Positions 16,597-24,021 are shown, counted from the stretch's first letter. The stretch: 24,021 bases of DNA from a virus (IMGVR_UViG_3300017728_000114:1-24021); one strand, 5' to 3'. Numbers and translations are program-made. The notes: generated by a model not told the origin, from the sequence alone.

Positions 16597-18090
16597 ATGG
16601 CAACATTTAATGTAAATGACACAGCAAGAAGAGTACAGTACACATCAAGTGGACAATCCTCTCATACATTTAATTTTCAAGTTAATGCAATATCTGAAAC
16701 CCAGGTACATAAAAATGATACTCTTTTAACAGAGGCTACTCATTATAATACATCCCTTAATGCAGATGGAACAGGAACAATCACTTTTACCTCTGGCAAT
16801 GTACCAACTTCTGGCGATATAATTACTATCATTGGTGATCAACCATTATCTAGAACAGGAGTTTATAGTACAGGCCAGGTTATTACACCAACTGCTCTTG
16901 AAACTGATTTTGATAATGTAGTTATTAGACAACAACAATTAAAAGAAATTACAGATAGATCTGTTTCATTAAAACCAACTACTCCTAGAACAGTTACAGG
17001 AACAGGAACAAATGGCCCATTATACTTTCCATACAGCACAACATCTGCAAACTCTGGAAAAATAATTAGATATAATGCTGCTGGTACATCTTTAGAATTA
17101 GGGCCAGATAGTACATCAATAGATGCATTAGCTGCTATTACATCTGATTTAACAACACTTGCTGGAATATCAGCTAACATCACAACTGTAGCTGGACAAA
17201 TATCTCCAACTAATAATCTTTCTACTGTAGCTGGATTAAGCTCACAAATTAGTACATTAGGTTCAATATCTGGATTATCAACTCTTGCTGCTAATTCTGC
17301 TAATGTAACAACTGCTGCTCAAAATGCTGTTGCTATTAATACAGCAGCTACAAACATTACTGCAATTCAAAATGCTAGTACAAATGCTACAAATGCTGCT
17401 GCCTCTGCAACTGCTGCTGCTGCTAGTGCTGCTAGTGCTGCTGCATCATCTGGAGGAGGTTCTGTAAAAGTTACTACTAATGATACTTCACCTAGTTTTT
17501 TAAATCATAAGTTACTTGTTTCTGGTGGCCTTACAAAAACTGTGGGTAATGCTGGAGGAAATGAAACATTAACATTAACTGCTCAAGCAGCAGAAATTTA
17601 TGGATTTAAAAAATCATTTACAGCAACTACATCAACAAAAACTGTAACAGTACAATCAGTTGGTGGTTCTAATAAATATTTTATAGATGGGATACAGCAA
17701 GAAGAGCTATATTTATTTGAGGGTAATACTTATATTTTTGATCATCCATCTGGACATCCATTTAGATTTTCAACAGATAGTGGAAACTCAAGTGCTTATA
17801 CAACTGGAGTAACAGTAAACTCATCTACTAAAGTTACAATAGTTGTAGCAGCTAATGCTCCTACTCTTTACTATTATTGTTCATCTCATTCAAATATGGG
17901 GGGTGTTGCTTATACTCCTGTTCCAGCTAATAATACTTTACAAGTAGTAACAACAAATGGTGGTCAAGATAATATAACTTCTACAGAATATAACAGTTTT
18001 ATTCAAGATCCAATCTTTGCTGCAAGTGGTATTACCTGGAGTATTAGTAGTACCGGATCAACACCAGGAGAGATACGAGCTACTATATAG
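16597..18090 (+). CDS. Tail fibre protein 1 (T7 gp17-like N-terminal anchor) with cupredoxin-like domain
   Basis: RRVQYTSSGQSSHTFNF...ALETDFD.....QQL anchor, NITTVA-type repeats, Ala-rich coil, and LYYYCSSHSNMGG. Confidence 0.82.
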   Translation: MATFNVNDTARRVQYTSSGQSSHTFNFQVNAISETQVHKNDTLLTEATHYNTSLNADGTGTITFTSGNVPTSGDIITIIGDQPLSRTGVYSTGQVITPTALETDFDNVVIRQQQLKEITDRSVSLKPTTPRTVTGTGTNGPLYFPYSTTSANSGKIIRYNAAGTSLELGPDSTSIDALAAITSDLTTLAGISANITTVAGQISPTNNLSTVAGLSSQISTLGSISGLSTLAANSANVTTAAQNAVAINTAATNITAIQNASTNATNAAASATAAAASAASAAASSGGGSVKVTTNDTSPSFLNHKLLVSGGLTKTVGNAGGNETLTLTAQAAEIYGFKKSFTATTSTKTVTVQSVGGSNKYFIDGIQQEELYLFEGNTYIFDHPSGHPFRFSTDSGNSSAYTTGVTVNSSTKVTIVVAANAPTLYYYCSSHSNMGGVAYTPVPANNTLQVVTTNGGQDNITSTEYNSFIQDPIFAASGITWSISSTGSTPGEIRATI

Positions 18091-18126
18091 TGTACTTTAA
18101 ATGTTTATGTATAATAATATGGAAAA

Positions 18127-18150
18127 TAACTTAATAATTAACTTAATAAT
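18127..18150. repeat. Perfect tandem duplication (TAACTTAATAAT)x2
   Basis: Read directly; ends 2 nt before the AGGAGG SD of the next gene. Confidence 0.9.
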
Positions 18151-18163
18151 TTAGGAGGCTGAT

Positions 18164-20047
18164 TTGGCTGTTATAGATTTAGGCAAGATAAAATTAACAT
18201 GGCGATCTACTTATAATAATTCAACTGCTTATGTAGTTGATGATGTTGTAGCTTATACTGATACTGGAGTTATCAGTACATACATTTGTGTTGCAAACAC
18301 AACTGGTAATGCTCCATCATCTAGTGGTACAGCTCATGCCTCTTGGCAATACATGACTAAAGGTGTTGCTTTATCTGGTTCTGCACATGGTGATTTACCT
18401 TATTACAATGGATCATCTTATGTGCCATTAACTGCTGGATCAAATGGTTTATTTTTAAAAACTCAAGGTTCTGGTGCAGCTCCAGTATGGGCTGCTCTTA
18501 ATGAATATGATGATACAAAAGTACAAAACAATATTGCTTTACTTGGATTTAAAGTAGCAACAACTGGAAGTTTATCTAGGTATTCTCTTAATGATCAAGT
18601 CATAGATGAATTTGTAGATAGTTCTGGTATTGATGCTGGTAATACTTCAAATGCAATTAATTCTGCTGGAAAACTTTTAAGTTTATCAGCACAAGGTAAC
18701 TACTGGGGAACTGGTGCTGATGGTGCAGTAACTATATCTGGTAATACAAGTTTAACAGTACCAAACAAAAATGGTTCTTATGATGGAGATATGGTTATTA
18801 AGAATTACACAAACTTAACTATTAACTCTGGTCAAACTTTAACAACTGATCAACCAGGTAGAGGATTAATGATTTTCTGTACTGGTAATTGTACTATTAA
18901 TGGTACTCTTTCAATGAGATTTAGAGGGCCTTTTGCTAATCCAACAACAGCTGGAGGTTCAGACAATAAAGTTGTAAATGCAAATGGGATACAAATAGGT
19001 TATCTTAAAACTGGTTCTACTGAAAGTTTACCATCTGTAGATTTATCTGGATCTGGAACTGCTGCTACTGGTATTCAAAATGAATTCCCAGCTGGTGGAA
19101 CTGGTCATTTATTTAATGTATCAAGACAAGGTGCAGCTGGAGCTGAAAGTGTTGCTGGTTCTAGTACACAAGGAAATGATGCTGCTGCTGTTTCTGGATC
19201 AACTGGAGGAGGAGGATCTGGGGGATCACACGATAGTGGAAATTCTGGTTCTGGTGCTTATGGAAATTGCTGGGGTGGAGGATCTGGTGGAGGAGGTTCA
19301 AGAACTGGATCTGCTACATCTGCTATAGCATGGGGTGGAGCTGGTGGAAATGCCGGATCTGCAACTGGATGTGGTGGAGGAGCCGGAAATCCTAATGGTT
19401 CAAACAACTCTGGTGCTACAAATTCTGGTGAAGAAGGAACTGGTGGTGCAATATGGTTATTCGTTAAAGGTAATTTAACAATAGGTGGTTCTGGTGAAAT
19501 TACTGCTGTTGGTTCTCAAGGAAATACTGGTACTGAAGGTGGAGGAGGAAACTCTGGATCTGGTGCAGTTTTAATTGGATATGGTGGAACATTATCTAAT
19601 TCTGGTTCTGTAAGTGTTGCATCAAGATCAAGAAATACAAGTACAAATAATGGTAAAGGTGGTCAAGGTGCTGCTGGTCATACTGAAATGGTACAAGTGC
19701 TTAATACTGATGAGGCAGCTGGTAATATGGATTTAAGATCTGTTGCATCAACAGCTGCAACTTCTCCAAGCAAAGGAGATTTGGTACTTTTATATAGTGA
19801 CCAAGCTGGTACAGCTACACTTAATACAGATATTAAAGGTTTTATATCAAGAGATAATGGTTCAACTTATATAGAAGGAACATTAGTATCCGAAGGTACT
19901 TATGGTACTTCAAAAATTGCTGCATTTCATGACAAAGAATTTACTGGTTCTGCTGGTACTCAAATAAAATATAAAGTTACTACTCATAACCAGGTACTTA
20001 CTAGCAAACAAACTAATATTGAGGCTGTGTCATTAGGATGGGCTTAA
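18164..20047 (+). CDS. Tail fibre / receptor-binding protein 2 with glycine-rich domain
   Basis: TTG start 5 nt after AGGAGG; IDLGKIKLTWRSTYNNSTAYVVDDVV N-terminus; long GGGGSGG-rich region. Confidence 0.78.
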   Translation: MAVIDLGKIKLTWRSTYNNSTAYVVDDVVAYTDTGVISTYICVANTTGNAPSSSGTAHASWQYMTKGVALSGSAHGDLPYYNGSSYVPLTAGSNGLFLKTQGSGAAPVWAALNEYDDTKVQNNIALLGFKVATTGSLSRYSLNDQVIDEFVDSSGIDAGNTSNAINSAGKLLSLSAQGNYWGTGADGAVTISGNTSLTVPNKNGSYDGDMVIKNYTNLTINSGQTLTTDQPGRGLMIFCTGNCTINGTLSMRFRGPFANPTTAGGSDNKVVNANGIQIGYLKTGSTESLPSVDLSGSGTAATGIQNEFPAGGTGHLFNVSRQGAAGAESVAGSSTQGNDAAAVSGSTGGGGSGGSHDSGNSGSGAYGNCWGGGSGGGGSRTGSATSAIAWGGAGGNAGSATGCGGGAGNPNGSNNSGATNSGEEGTGGAIWLFVKGNLTIGGSGEITAVGSQGNTGTEGGGGNSGSGAVLIGYGGTLSNSGSVSVASRSRNTSTNNGKGGQGAAGHTEMVQVLNTDEAAGNMDLRSVASTAATSPSKGDLVLLYSDQAGTATLNTDIKGFISRDNGSTYIEGTLVSEGTYGTSKIAAFHDKEFTGSAGTQIKYKVTTHNQVLTSKQTNIEAVSLGWA

Positions 20048-20059
20048 TATAATATTTCC

Positions 20060-20088
20060 TTTTATCTATTGTTATTTTGTAATATAGT
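20060..20088 (+). promoter_or_regulatory. Possible promoter giving a leaderless oxygenase transcript
   Basis: TATAGT at 20083-20088 would put +1 at about the A of the ATG (20095). No SD is present. The -35 match (TTTTAT) is poor. Confidence 0.3.
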
Positions 20089-20094
20089 CATACT

Positions 20095-20790
20095 ATGTAT
20101 AATTTTAACAACGATAAGTTTATAAAATCTCAACAAAATAAAATCCGATATCTTTCTCCACAAAATCCTGGGGTGAATGATAATGATCTTGCAAATATAG
20201 GTGTTGCAAGAGGTATTATTCCAGATGATTTTTTTGAATATCTTACACACGATTTTGATAATTTAAGTGGTACAGTTAATAACGATTTAGCTGGTCATAT
20301 ATCTTATGAGTATGATTTGAATTACAAAATCAATGATGAGGTAAATAAATTTTTTCAAGGCATGGTTAGTTACTATCCAGTATTGCAAAAAGAACTTTAT
20401 GAGTATAAAGTTTTAAGTCATGATTGCCCAGTAGAAATGCATACTATGTGGACAAACTTTCAATCCAAAGGAGATTTTAATCCATTACATAGACATAGTG
20501 GTATTTATTCTTTTATTATATTTGTAAACATTCCTTACGATTTAAAAACAGAATTAAAAAGATATAAAAAACCACAAGAAGAAAATGCTACTTCAAAATT
20601 ATCTTTTGTATTTACAAGATCAAATGGTCAAATAGGAGTAAAGCATATTCCAGTTGAGAGATCTTACGAAAAAACTATCTTCATGTTTCCAGCAAAGTTA
20701 TGGCATTGTGTTTATCCTTTTTTTTCAAGTGATGATTATAGAGTAACTATTTCTGGTAACATGAGATTTAATACAAGGAGTGATAAATGA
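20095..20790 (+). CDS. 2OG-Fe(II) oxygenase-like protein (HxH type)
   Basis: WTNFQ..GDFNPLHRHSG...MFPAKLWHCVYPF...RVTISGN double-stranded beta-helix motifs. Confidence 0.82.
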   Translation: MYNFNNDKFIKSQQNKIRYLSPQNPGVNDNDLANIGVARGIIPDDFFEYLTHDFDNLSGTVNNDLAGHISYEYDLNYKINDEVNKFFQGMVSYYPVLQKELYEYKVLSHDCPVEMHTMWTNFQSKGDFNPLHRHSGIYSFIIFVNIPYDLKTELKRYKKPQEENATSKLSFVFTRSNGQIGVKHIPVERSYEKTIFMFPAKLWHCVYPFFSSDDYRVTISGNMRFNTRSDK

Positions 20791-21338
20791 TAATACCAAA
20801 TACTATAGGAGATAACATTGATATATTTGAAAGTGCTTTGAGTAGTAATAACTTACAAGCATTTGATGAATTAAAAACAGATATGTTTCCCTGGTACTCA
20901 TCTAAAATAATAGATGAAGAAGATGGAGATGTAGTGCCTAATGAAAATGAAAACTTACAATTTGTTCATACAATTTATAAAGATCATTCACCATATAGTA
21001 ATTATTTTAATATGTGTATGCCTATACTAGATGTTCTAAATGCTAAATCTATTTATAGAATAAAAGTTAATTTAACATTTCCTACCAAAGAACCTAAAAA
21101 ATTAGGAACAATGCATAATGATTTAATGTGGGCCAATGAGGGAATAGTAAATTGTAAAGTAGCAATATTTTATCCTACTAAAACAAATGGTCAATTACAT
21201 ATTAAAGAAGGAAAAGAAATACATGAGATTGATAATAATCGTAATCAATTAGTAAGGTTTCCAAATGAATTGAAACATTTAGGAATTAGTAATACAGATA
21301 ATAAATTAAGGTATGCTGTAAACATAGTATATTTTTAA
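20787..21338 (+). CDS. 2OG-Fe(II) oxygenase-like protein (HxD type)
   Basis: FPWY...RIKVNL...MHND...NQLVRFPNELKHLG...RYAVNIVYF. Confidence 0.78.
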   Translation: MIIPNTIGDNIDIFESALSSNNLQAFDELKTDMFPWYSSKIIDEEDGDVVPNENENLQFVHTIYKDHSPYSNYFNMCMPILDVLNAKSIYRIKVNLTFPTKEPKKLGTMHNDLMWANEGIVNCKVAIFYPTKTNGQLHIKEGKEIHEIDNNRNQLVRFPNELKHLGISNTDNKLRYAVNIVYF

Positions 21339-21347
21339 AGGAGAAAC

Positions 21348-21998
21348 ATGGGCAGATATAGTAATAAATTAAAAGTAGAAATAATAAGTCCTAACAAATT
21401 TCCAGTTATGGTATTGGATGATTTTTATAACAATCAACAATTAACAGAAATATGGCATGATATTGATGGATACAATTTAGGTAATACAAGAATGATTTGG
21501 CAAGATAATTCTAACGATCCTAATAGAGCTATAGATAAAAGAGGTGATGCATTAGCAACAAACTCAAGAATATATTTGGATCAAGTATATCATCCAGAAC
21601 ATAGATACATGTCATTTATATTATTGCATTACAGCAAACTAATGACACCACCAGTTATAGATGCTTATAAAGAAATACATCCATCCACCAGAAATATAGA
21701 AAATGTAAACAGAGATTACACAATGATTTCATATTATAAAGATAAAGAAAAATATGAGTTTCATAAAGACAGAGCTACTCATACTGCTTTATGGTGGACA
21801 TTTAAAGAACCCAAAGGATTTACTGGAGGAGATTTAGTATTTAAAGATAATGGTGAAACCATAGAATGTAAGAATAATAGAATGGTTTTATTTCCTTCTT
21901 ATTATTTACACGCATCTAAAGCTGTAGAATTAAAAGATAAAAAAGTTATAGGTTCTGGTAAGTATACTGTTTCACACATGTTTAATATTAATACTTAA
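21348..21998 (+). CDS. 2OG-Fe(II) oxygenase, prolyl-4-hydroxylase-like
   Basis: YEFHKD...FTGGDLVF...NNRMVLFPSYYLH; AAGGAG SD. Confidence 0.82.
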   Translation: MGRYSNKLKVEIISPNKFPVMVLDDFYNNQQLTEIWHDIDGYNLGNTRMIWQDNSNDPNRAIDKRGDALATNSRIYLDQVYHPEHRYMSFILLHYSKLMTPPVIDAYKEIHPSTRNIENVNRDYTMISYYKDKEKYEFHKDRATHTALWWTFKEPKGFTGGDLVFKDNGETIECKNNRMVLFPSYYLHASKAVELKDKKVIGSGKYTVSHMFNINT

Positions 21999-22020
21999 AT
22001 AAATACAATGAGGTTTAAGC

Positions 22021-22245
22021 ATGGCTAAAAAAACTACAAGAAAAGCAACAGTACACAGCATAACTCTAAAACACATCAACGAAAAGTTAGATCATATTCA
22101 TAAAGATCTAGATCAAAACACAAAAGATATTGTCCAATTAAAACAAGAAGTCGCAATGGGCCGAGGTGGTCTTAAAGTGATCTTCTATATTGGAGCTATA
22201 ATTTCTATAATAATAGGAGGTTTAAAAATTGGAAAATTTATTTAA
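22021..22245 (+). CDS. Small coiled-coil plus C-terminal TM protein (lysis-region membrane protein)
   Basis: INEKLDHIHKDL coil and VIFYIGAIISIIIGGL hydrophobic segment; GAGGT SD. Confidence 0.7.
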   Translation: MAKKTTRKATVHSITLKHINEKLDHIHKDLDQNTKDIVQLKQEVAMGRGGLKVIFYIGAIISIIIGGLKIGKFI

Positions 22246-22472
22246 TGGAATATGTACTTGTAATGATACTATGCTCATCTGTGGCCAACTCTTGTTTGCC
22301 TCCACACATATATCCTAATACATTTCCAGATGCCTACAGCTGCATGGTTCAAGGCTATCAAAGCTCACTAGATAAAACTATAGATATTGGCCCAGAGGAT
22401 ATTAACTCTGGTGGCATGTACATAAAGTTTGGATGTAACCCTAAAGAAATCAAGAAAGGAATATCAACATGA
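22245..22472 (+). CDS. Small Cys-containing hypothetical protein
   Basis: TAATG coupling; hydrophobic N-terminus and four Cys. Confidence 0.7.
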   Translation: MEYVLVMILCSSVANSCLPPHIYPNTFPDAYSCMVQGYQSSLDKTIDIGPEDINSGGMYIKFGCNPKEIKKGIST

Positions 22473-22882
22473 TACAAGGATTAACTGCTCTAATGCCTAT
22501 ACTAAATAAGGCTATAGATTTAGTTCCAGATAAAAACAAAATAGCAAAACAAAAAGCTGACATAGAAAAAGAATTAATGAAAGCTCTTGTTGATGTAGAT
22601 AAAGAACAAGCAAAAATTAATAGAGCTGATGCTCAAGCTACAGGAGCTTTGTCCTGGGTACAAAGATTATGGAGGCCATGCCTAGCATGGGTATGTGTCC
22701 TGGCATTTGCATTTCAATTTTTAGTTATACCAATTACTAATTGGTGGTGTGCTATGAATGGTACAACAATACATTTACCTACTCTTGATAGCTCAACTTT
22801 AATGACAGTATTGTTTGCCTTACTCGGTATGACAGGAGCAAGATCTTTTGATAAGTTAAAAAAAATTAGCAGCAAGAAATGA
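22469..22882 (+). CDS. Holin (3-TM, GTA-holin-like)
   Basis: AIDLVPDK...QAKINRADA...WRPCLAW...LFALLGMTGARSFDKLK matches the 3-TM holin family signature. Confidence 0.85.
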   Translation: MIQGLTALMPILNKAIDLVPDKNKIAKQKADIEKELMKALVDVDKEQAKINRADAQATGALSWVQRLWRPCLAWVCVLAFAFQFLVIPITNWWCAMNGTTIHLPTLDSSTLMTVLFALLGMTGARSFDKLKKISSKK

Positions 22883-22953
22883 GGATAAAGTTAATTATGT
22901 TTTTAGTTGTTTATTGGGTATGCATAGTAGGAGCTACAACAAATATTTTATGA
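22879..22953 (+). CDS. 24-aa hydrophobic micro-protein
   Basis: MRIKLIMFLVVYWVCIVGATTNIL; ATGA overlap with the holin stop. Confidence 0.45.
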   Translation: MRIKLIMFLVVYWVCIVGATTNIL

Positions 22954-22959
22954 GGTGTT

Positions 22960-23037
22960 ATGAATTATTATTTTACAGGCTTGTTAATTATAGCAATGGT
23001 ATTGTTAGCCTTATGTGGAGGGCCACCTAATTACTAA
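22960..23037 (+). CDS. 25-aa hydrophobic micro-protein
   Basis: MNYYFTGLLIIAMVLLALCGGPPNY; GAGGTG just upstream and TAATG coupling to the next gene. Confidence 0.55.
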   Translation: MNYYFTGLLIIAMVLLALCGGPPNY

Positions 23038-23447
23038 TGAAGATCTCTGATAAAACATCTGTTGATATGCCAATTAAAAATTTAATTAGTATTATTGTAT
23101 CTGTAGCTGTAGCTGTGTGGGCCTACTTTGGTTTAATTGAAACTCAAAACAAACATAGTACACAATTAGAATTGTATGAAAAAGATATAGAATTAAATAC
23201 AGAGTTTAGAATTAAATGGCCAAGGGGCCAGGCTGGATCTTTACCAGCTGACCAGGAGCAATTCCTTTTAATAGAAAATCTTTTTAAATCTGTAGATACA
23301 TTAGAGAAAAATCAAGAAATGAATATGACTAACAAAGTTAATATAGAATTCTTAACTAAACAATTAGAGAAAGCTCTCAAAGATATTGAAAAATTAAAAG
23401 ATGCAAACAGAGAAATTAAATATTCAAATGGAAATGGAACACACTAA
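23037..23447 (+). CDS. N-terminal TM plus coiled-coil protein (possible inner-spanin-like)
   Basis: LISIIVSVAVAVWAYFGL TM segment and C-terminal heptads; lies between holin and endolysin. Confidence 0.65.
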   Translation: MKISDKTSVDMPIKNLISIIVSVAVAVWAYFGLIETQNKHSTQLELYEKDIELNTEFRIKWPRGQAGSLPADQEQFLLIENLFKSVDTLEKNQEMNMTNKVNIEFLTKQLEKALKDIEKLKDANREIKYSNGNGTH

Positions 23448-23653
23448 TGATTGAGGTAGTAGCTTTATTAATGTTTTTAAATGGTGAGCTTACAGAATAT
23501 CGTAAGCAACCAGACTTTGGAGTTTGTTTGGAGAGAGCTAGAGTAGCTAGAAGAACATCTAATCCAGATACAGTTCAATATCAATGTGCAAAAGTAATGG
23601 CTGAATTAACAGAAGATAAACAACATATATTAACAATAAAAAAGGTAGATTAA
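23447..23653 (+). CDS. Small hypothetical protein with two Cys
   Basis: TAATG coupling; 68 aa. Confidence 0.65.
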   Translation: MIEVVALLMFLNGELTEYRKQPDFGVCLERARVARRTSNPDTVQYQCAKVMAELTEDKQHILTIKKVD

Positions 23654-23654
23654 A

Positions 23655-24021
23655 ATGGCAATGGTAGAAAGAAAAGAAACTAAATATGTAGTAGTACATT
23701 GTGCTGATACTCCAGCTGATATGGATGTGGGAGCTGCTGATATTAGAAGGTGGCATGTAGATGAAAGAGGCTGGGATGATGTAGGTTATCATTGGATCAT
23801 TAGAAGATCTGGACAGTTAGAACCTGGAAGAGATCAAAGGCTACAGGGTAGTCATGCTCTTGCAGTTAATAGTAAAAGTATAGGTGTGTGCTTGGTGGGA
23901 AGAGGCGATAACTTTACAGAAGATCAGATGTACACACTTCATAATGTAATACAAACAATCAAAGATATGCACCCAGAAATCGAAGTCATTGGACATTCAG
24001 ATGTGGAACCAAAGAAACCAC
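23655..24021 (+). CDS. Endolysin, N-acetylmuramoyl-L-alanine amidase (T7 lysozyme-like), 3'-truncated
   Basis: Manual translation MAMVERKETKYVVVHCADT...IRRWHVDERGWDDVGYHWIIRRSGQLEPGR...GSHA...NSKSIGVCLVG...FTEDQM...GHSDV, closely following T7 gp3.5 motifs. Not in the ORF track because there is no stop in the window. Confidence 0.93.
   Translation, partial: MAMVERKETKYVVVHCADTPADMDVGAADIRRWHVDERGWDDVGYHWIIRRSGQLEPGRDQRLQGSHALAVNSKSIGVCLVGRGDNFTEDQMYTLHNVIQTIKDMHPEIEVIGHSDVEPKKP

Larger units (their letters stand above)
1..24021 (+). mobile_element. Podovirus-type bacteriophage late (packaging, structural, lysis) region
   Basis: Co-oriented terminase, portal, scaffold, capsid, tail tubular A/B, internal virion proteins, tail fibres, holin and amidase in canonical podovirus order, with many TAATG/ATGA stop-start overlaps and no host housekeeping genes. 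Free phage versus prophage cannot be decided from this window. Confidence 0.97.

Noticed and set aside
886-20250. Minus-strand ORFs and alternative-frame plus ORFs in the track (e.g. 886..1158, 2417..2632, 5527..5727, 13848..14249, 19080..19328, 20062..20250)
   Set aside because: They lie within well-supported + strand genes, lack recognisable motifs, and look like codon-bias shadows.
16597-21998. Diversity-generating retroelement, suggested by the BPP-1-like head genes
   Set aside because: No reverse transcriptase and no template/variable repeat pair differing at adenines is visible in the window.
22960-23037. Lipoprotein (o-spanin) reading of ...VLLALC
   Set aside because: Leu at -1 violates the lipobox, there is no basic N-region, and the mature part would be only 7 aa.
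1-24021. Abundant GATC/AGATCT as a functional repeat or Dam signal
   Set aside because: Explained by common Gly-Ser, Arg-Ser and Asp-Leu/Pro codon pairs (e.g. AGATCTAGATCTAGAT at 13495 encodes DLDLD); enrichment cannot be shown without computation.
1-24021. CRISPR array, tRNA genes, integrase or stop-codon recoding
   Set aside because: No spaced repeats, cloverleaf or recombinase motif seen; genes tile fully under the standard code, with TAA, TGA and TAG all used as stops.

Overview
The window is an AT-rich, CpG-poor, gene-dense segment of a tailed (podovirus-type) bacteriophage, and every credible gene is on the + strand. It runs from the 3' end of the terminase large subunit through a GNAT acetyltransferase, then a chain of eight tightly coupled small ORFs (five missing from the ORF track). 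The structural module follows: portal, Bbp19-like protein, scaffold, major capsid, a small capsid-associated protein, tail tubular A and B, four internal-virion/ejection proteins and two tail-fibre genes. It ends with three tandem 2OG-Fe(II) oxygenases and a lysis region (small membrane proteins, 3-TM holin, T7-lysozyme-like amidase cut by the window end). Gene content and composition resemble marine alphaproteobacterial (SAR11-type) podoviruses, but the host is inferred. Most notable observations: (1) an HhH-GPD DNA-glycosylase-like domain with intact Lys/Asp catalytic spacing fused to a putative ejection protein; (2) a structured leader RNA before the capsid gene with two mirror-image internal-loop motifs and a competing helix; (3) near-complete avoidance of GANTC, GGWCC and GAAGC/GCTTC, visible as forced codon-pair choices; (4) an amicyanin-like copper-site domain in the first tail fibre; (5) a micro-gene array with shared peptide motifs, an EF-hand and a Cys cluster. 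All family assignments come from motif recognition by eye; no searches were run.
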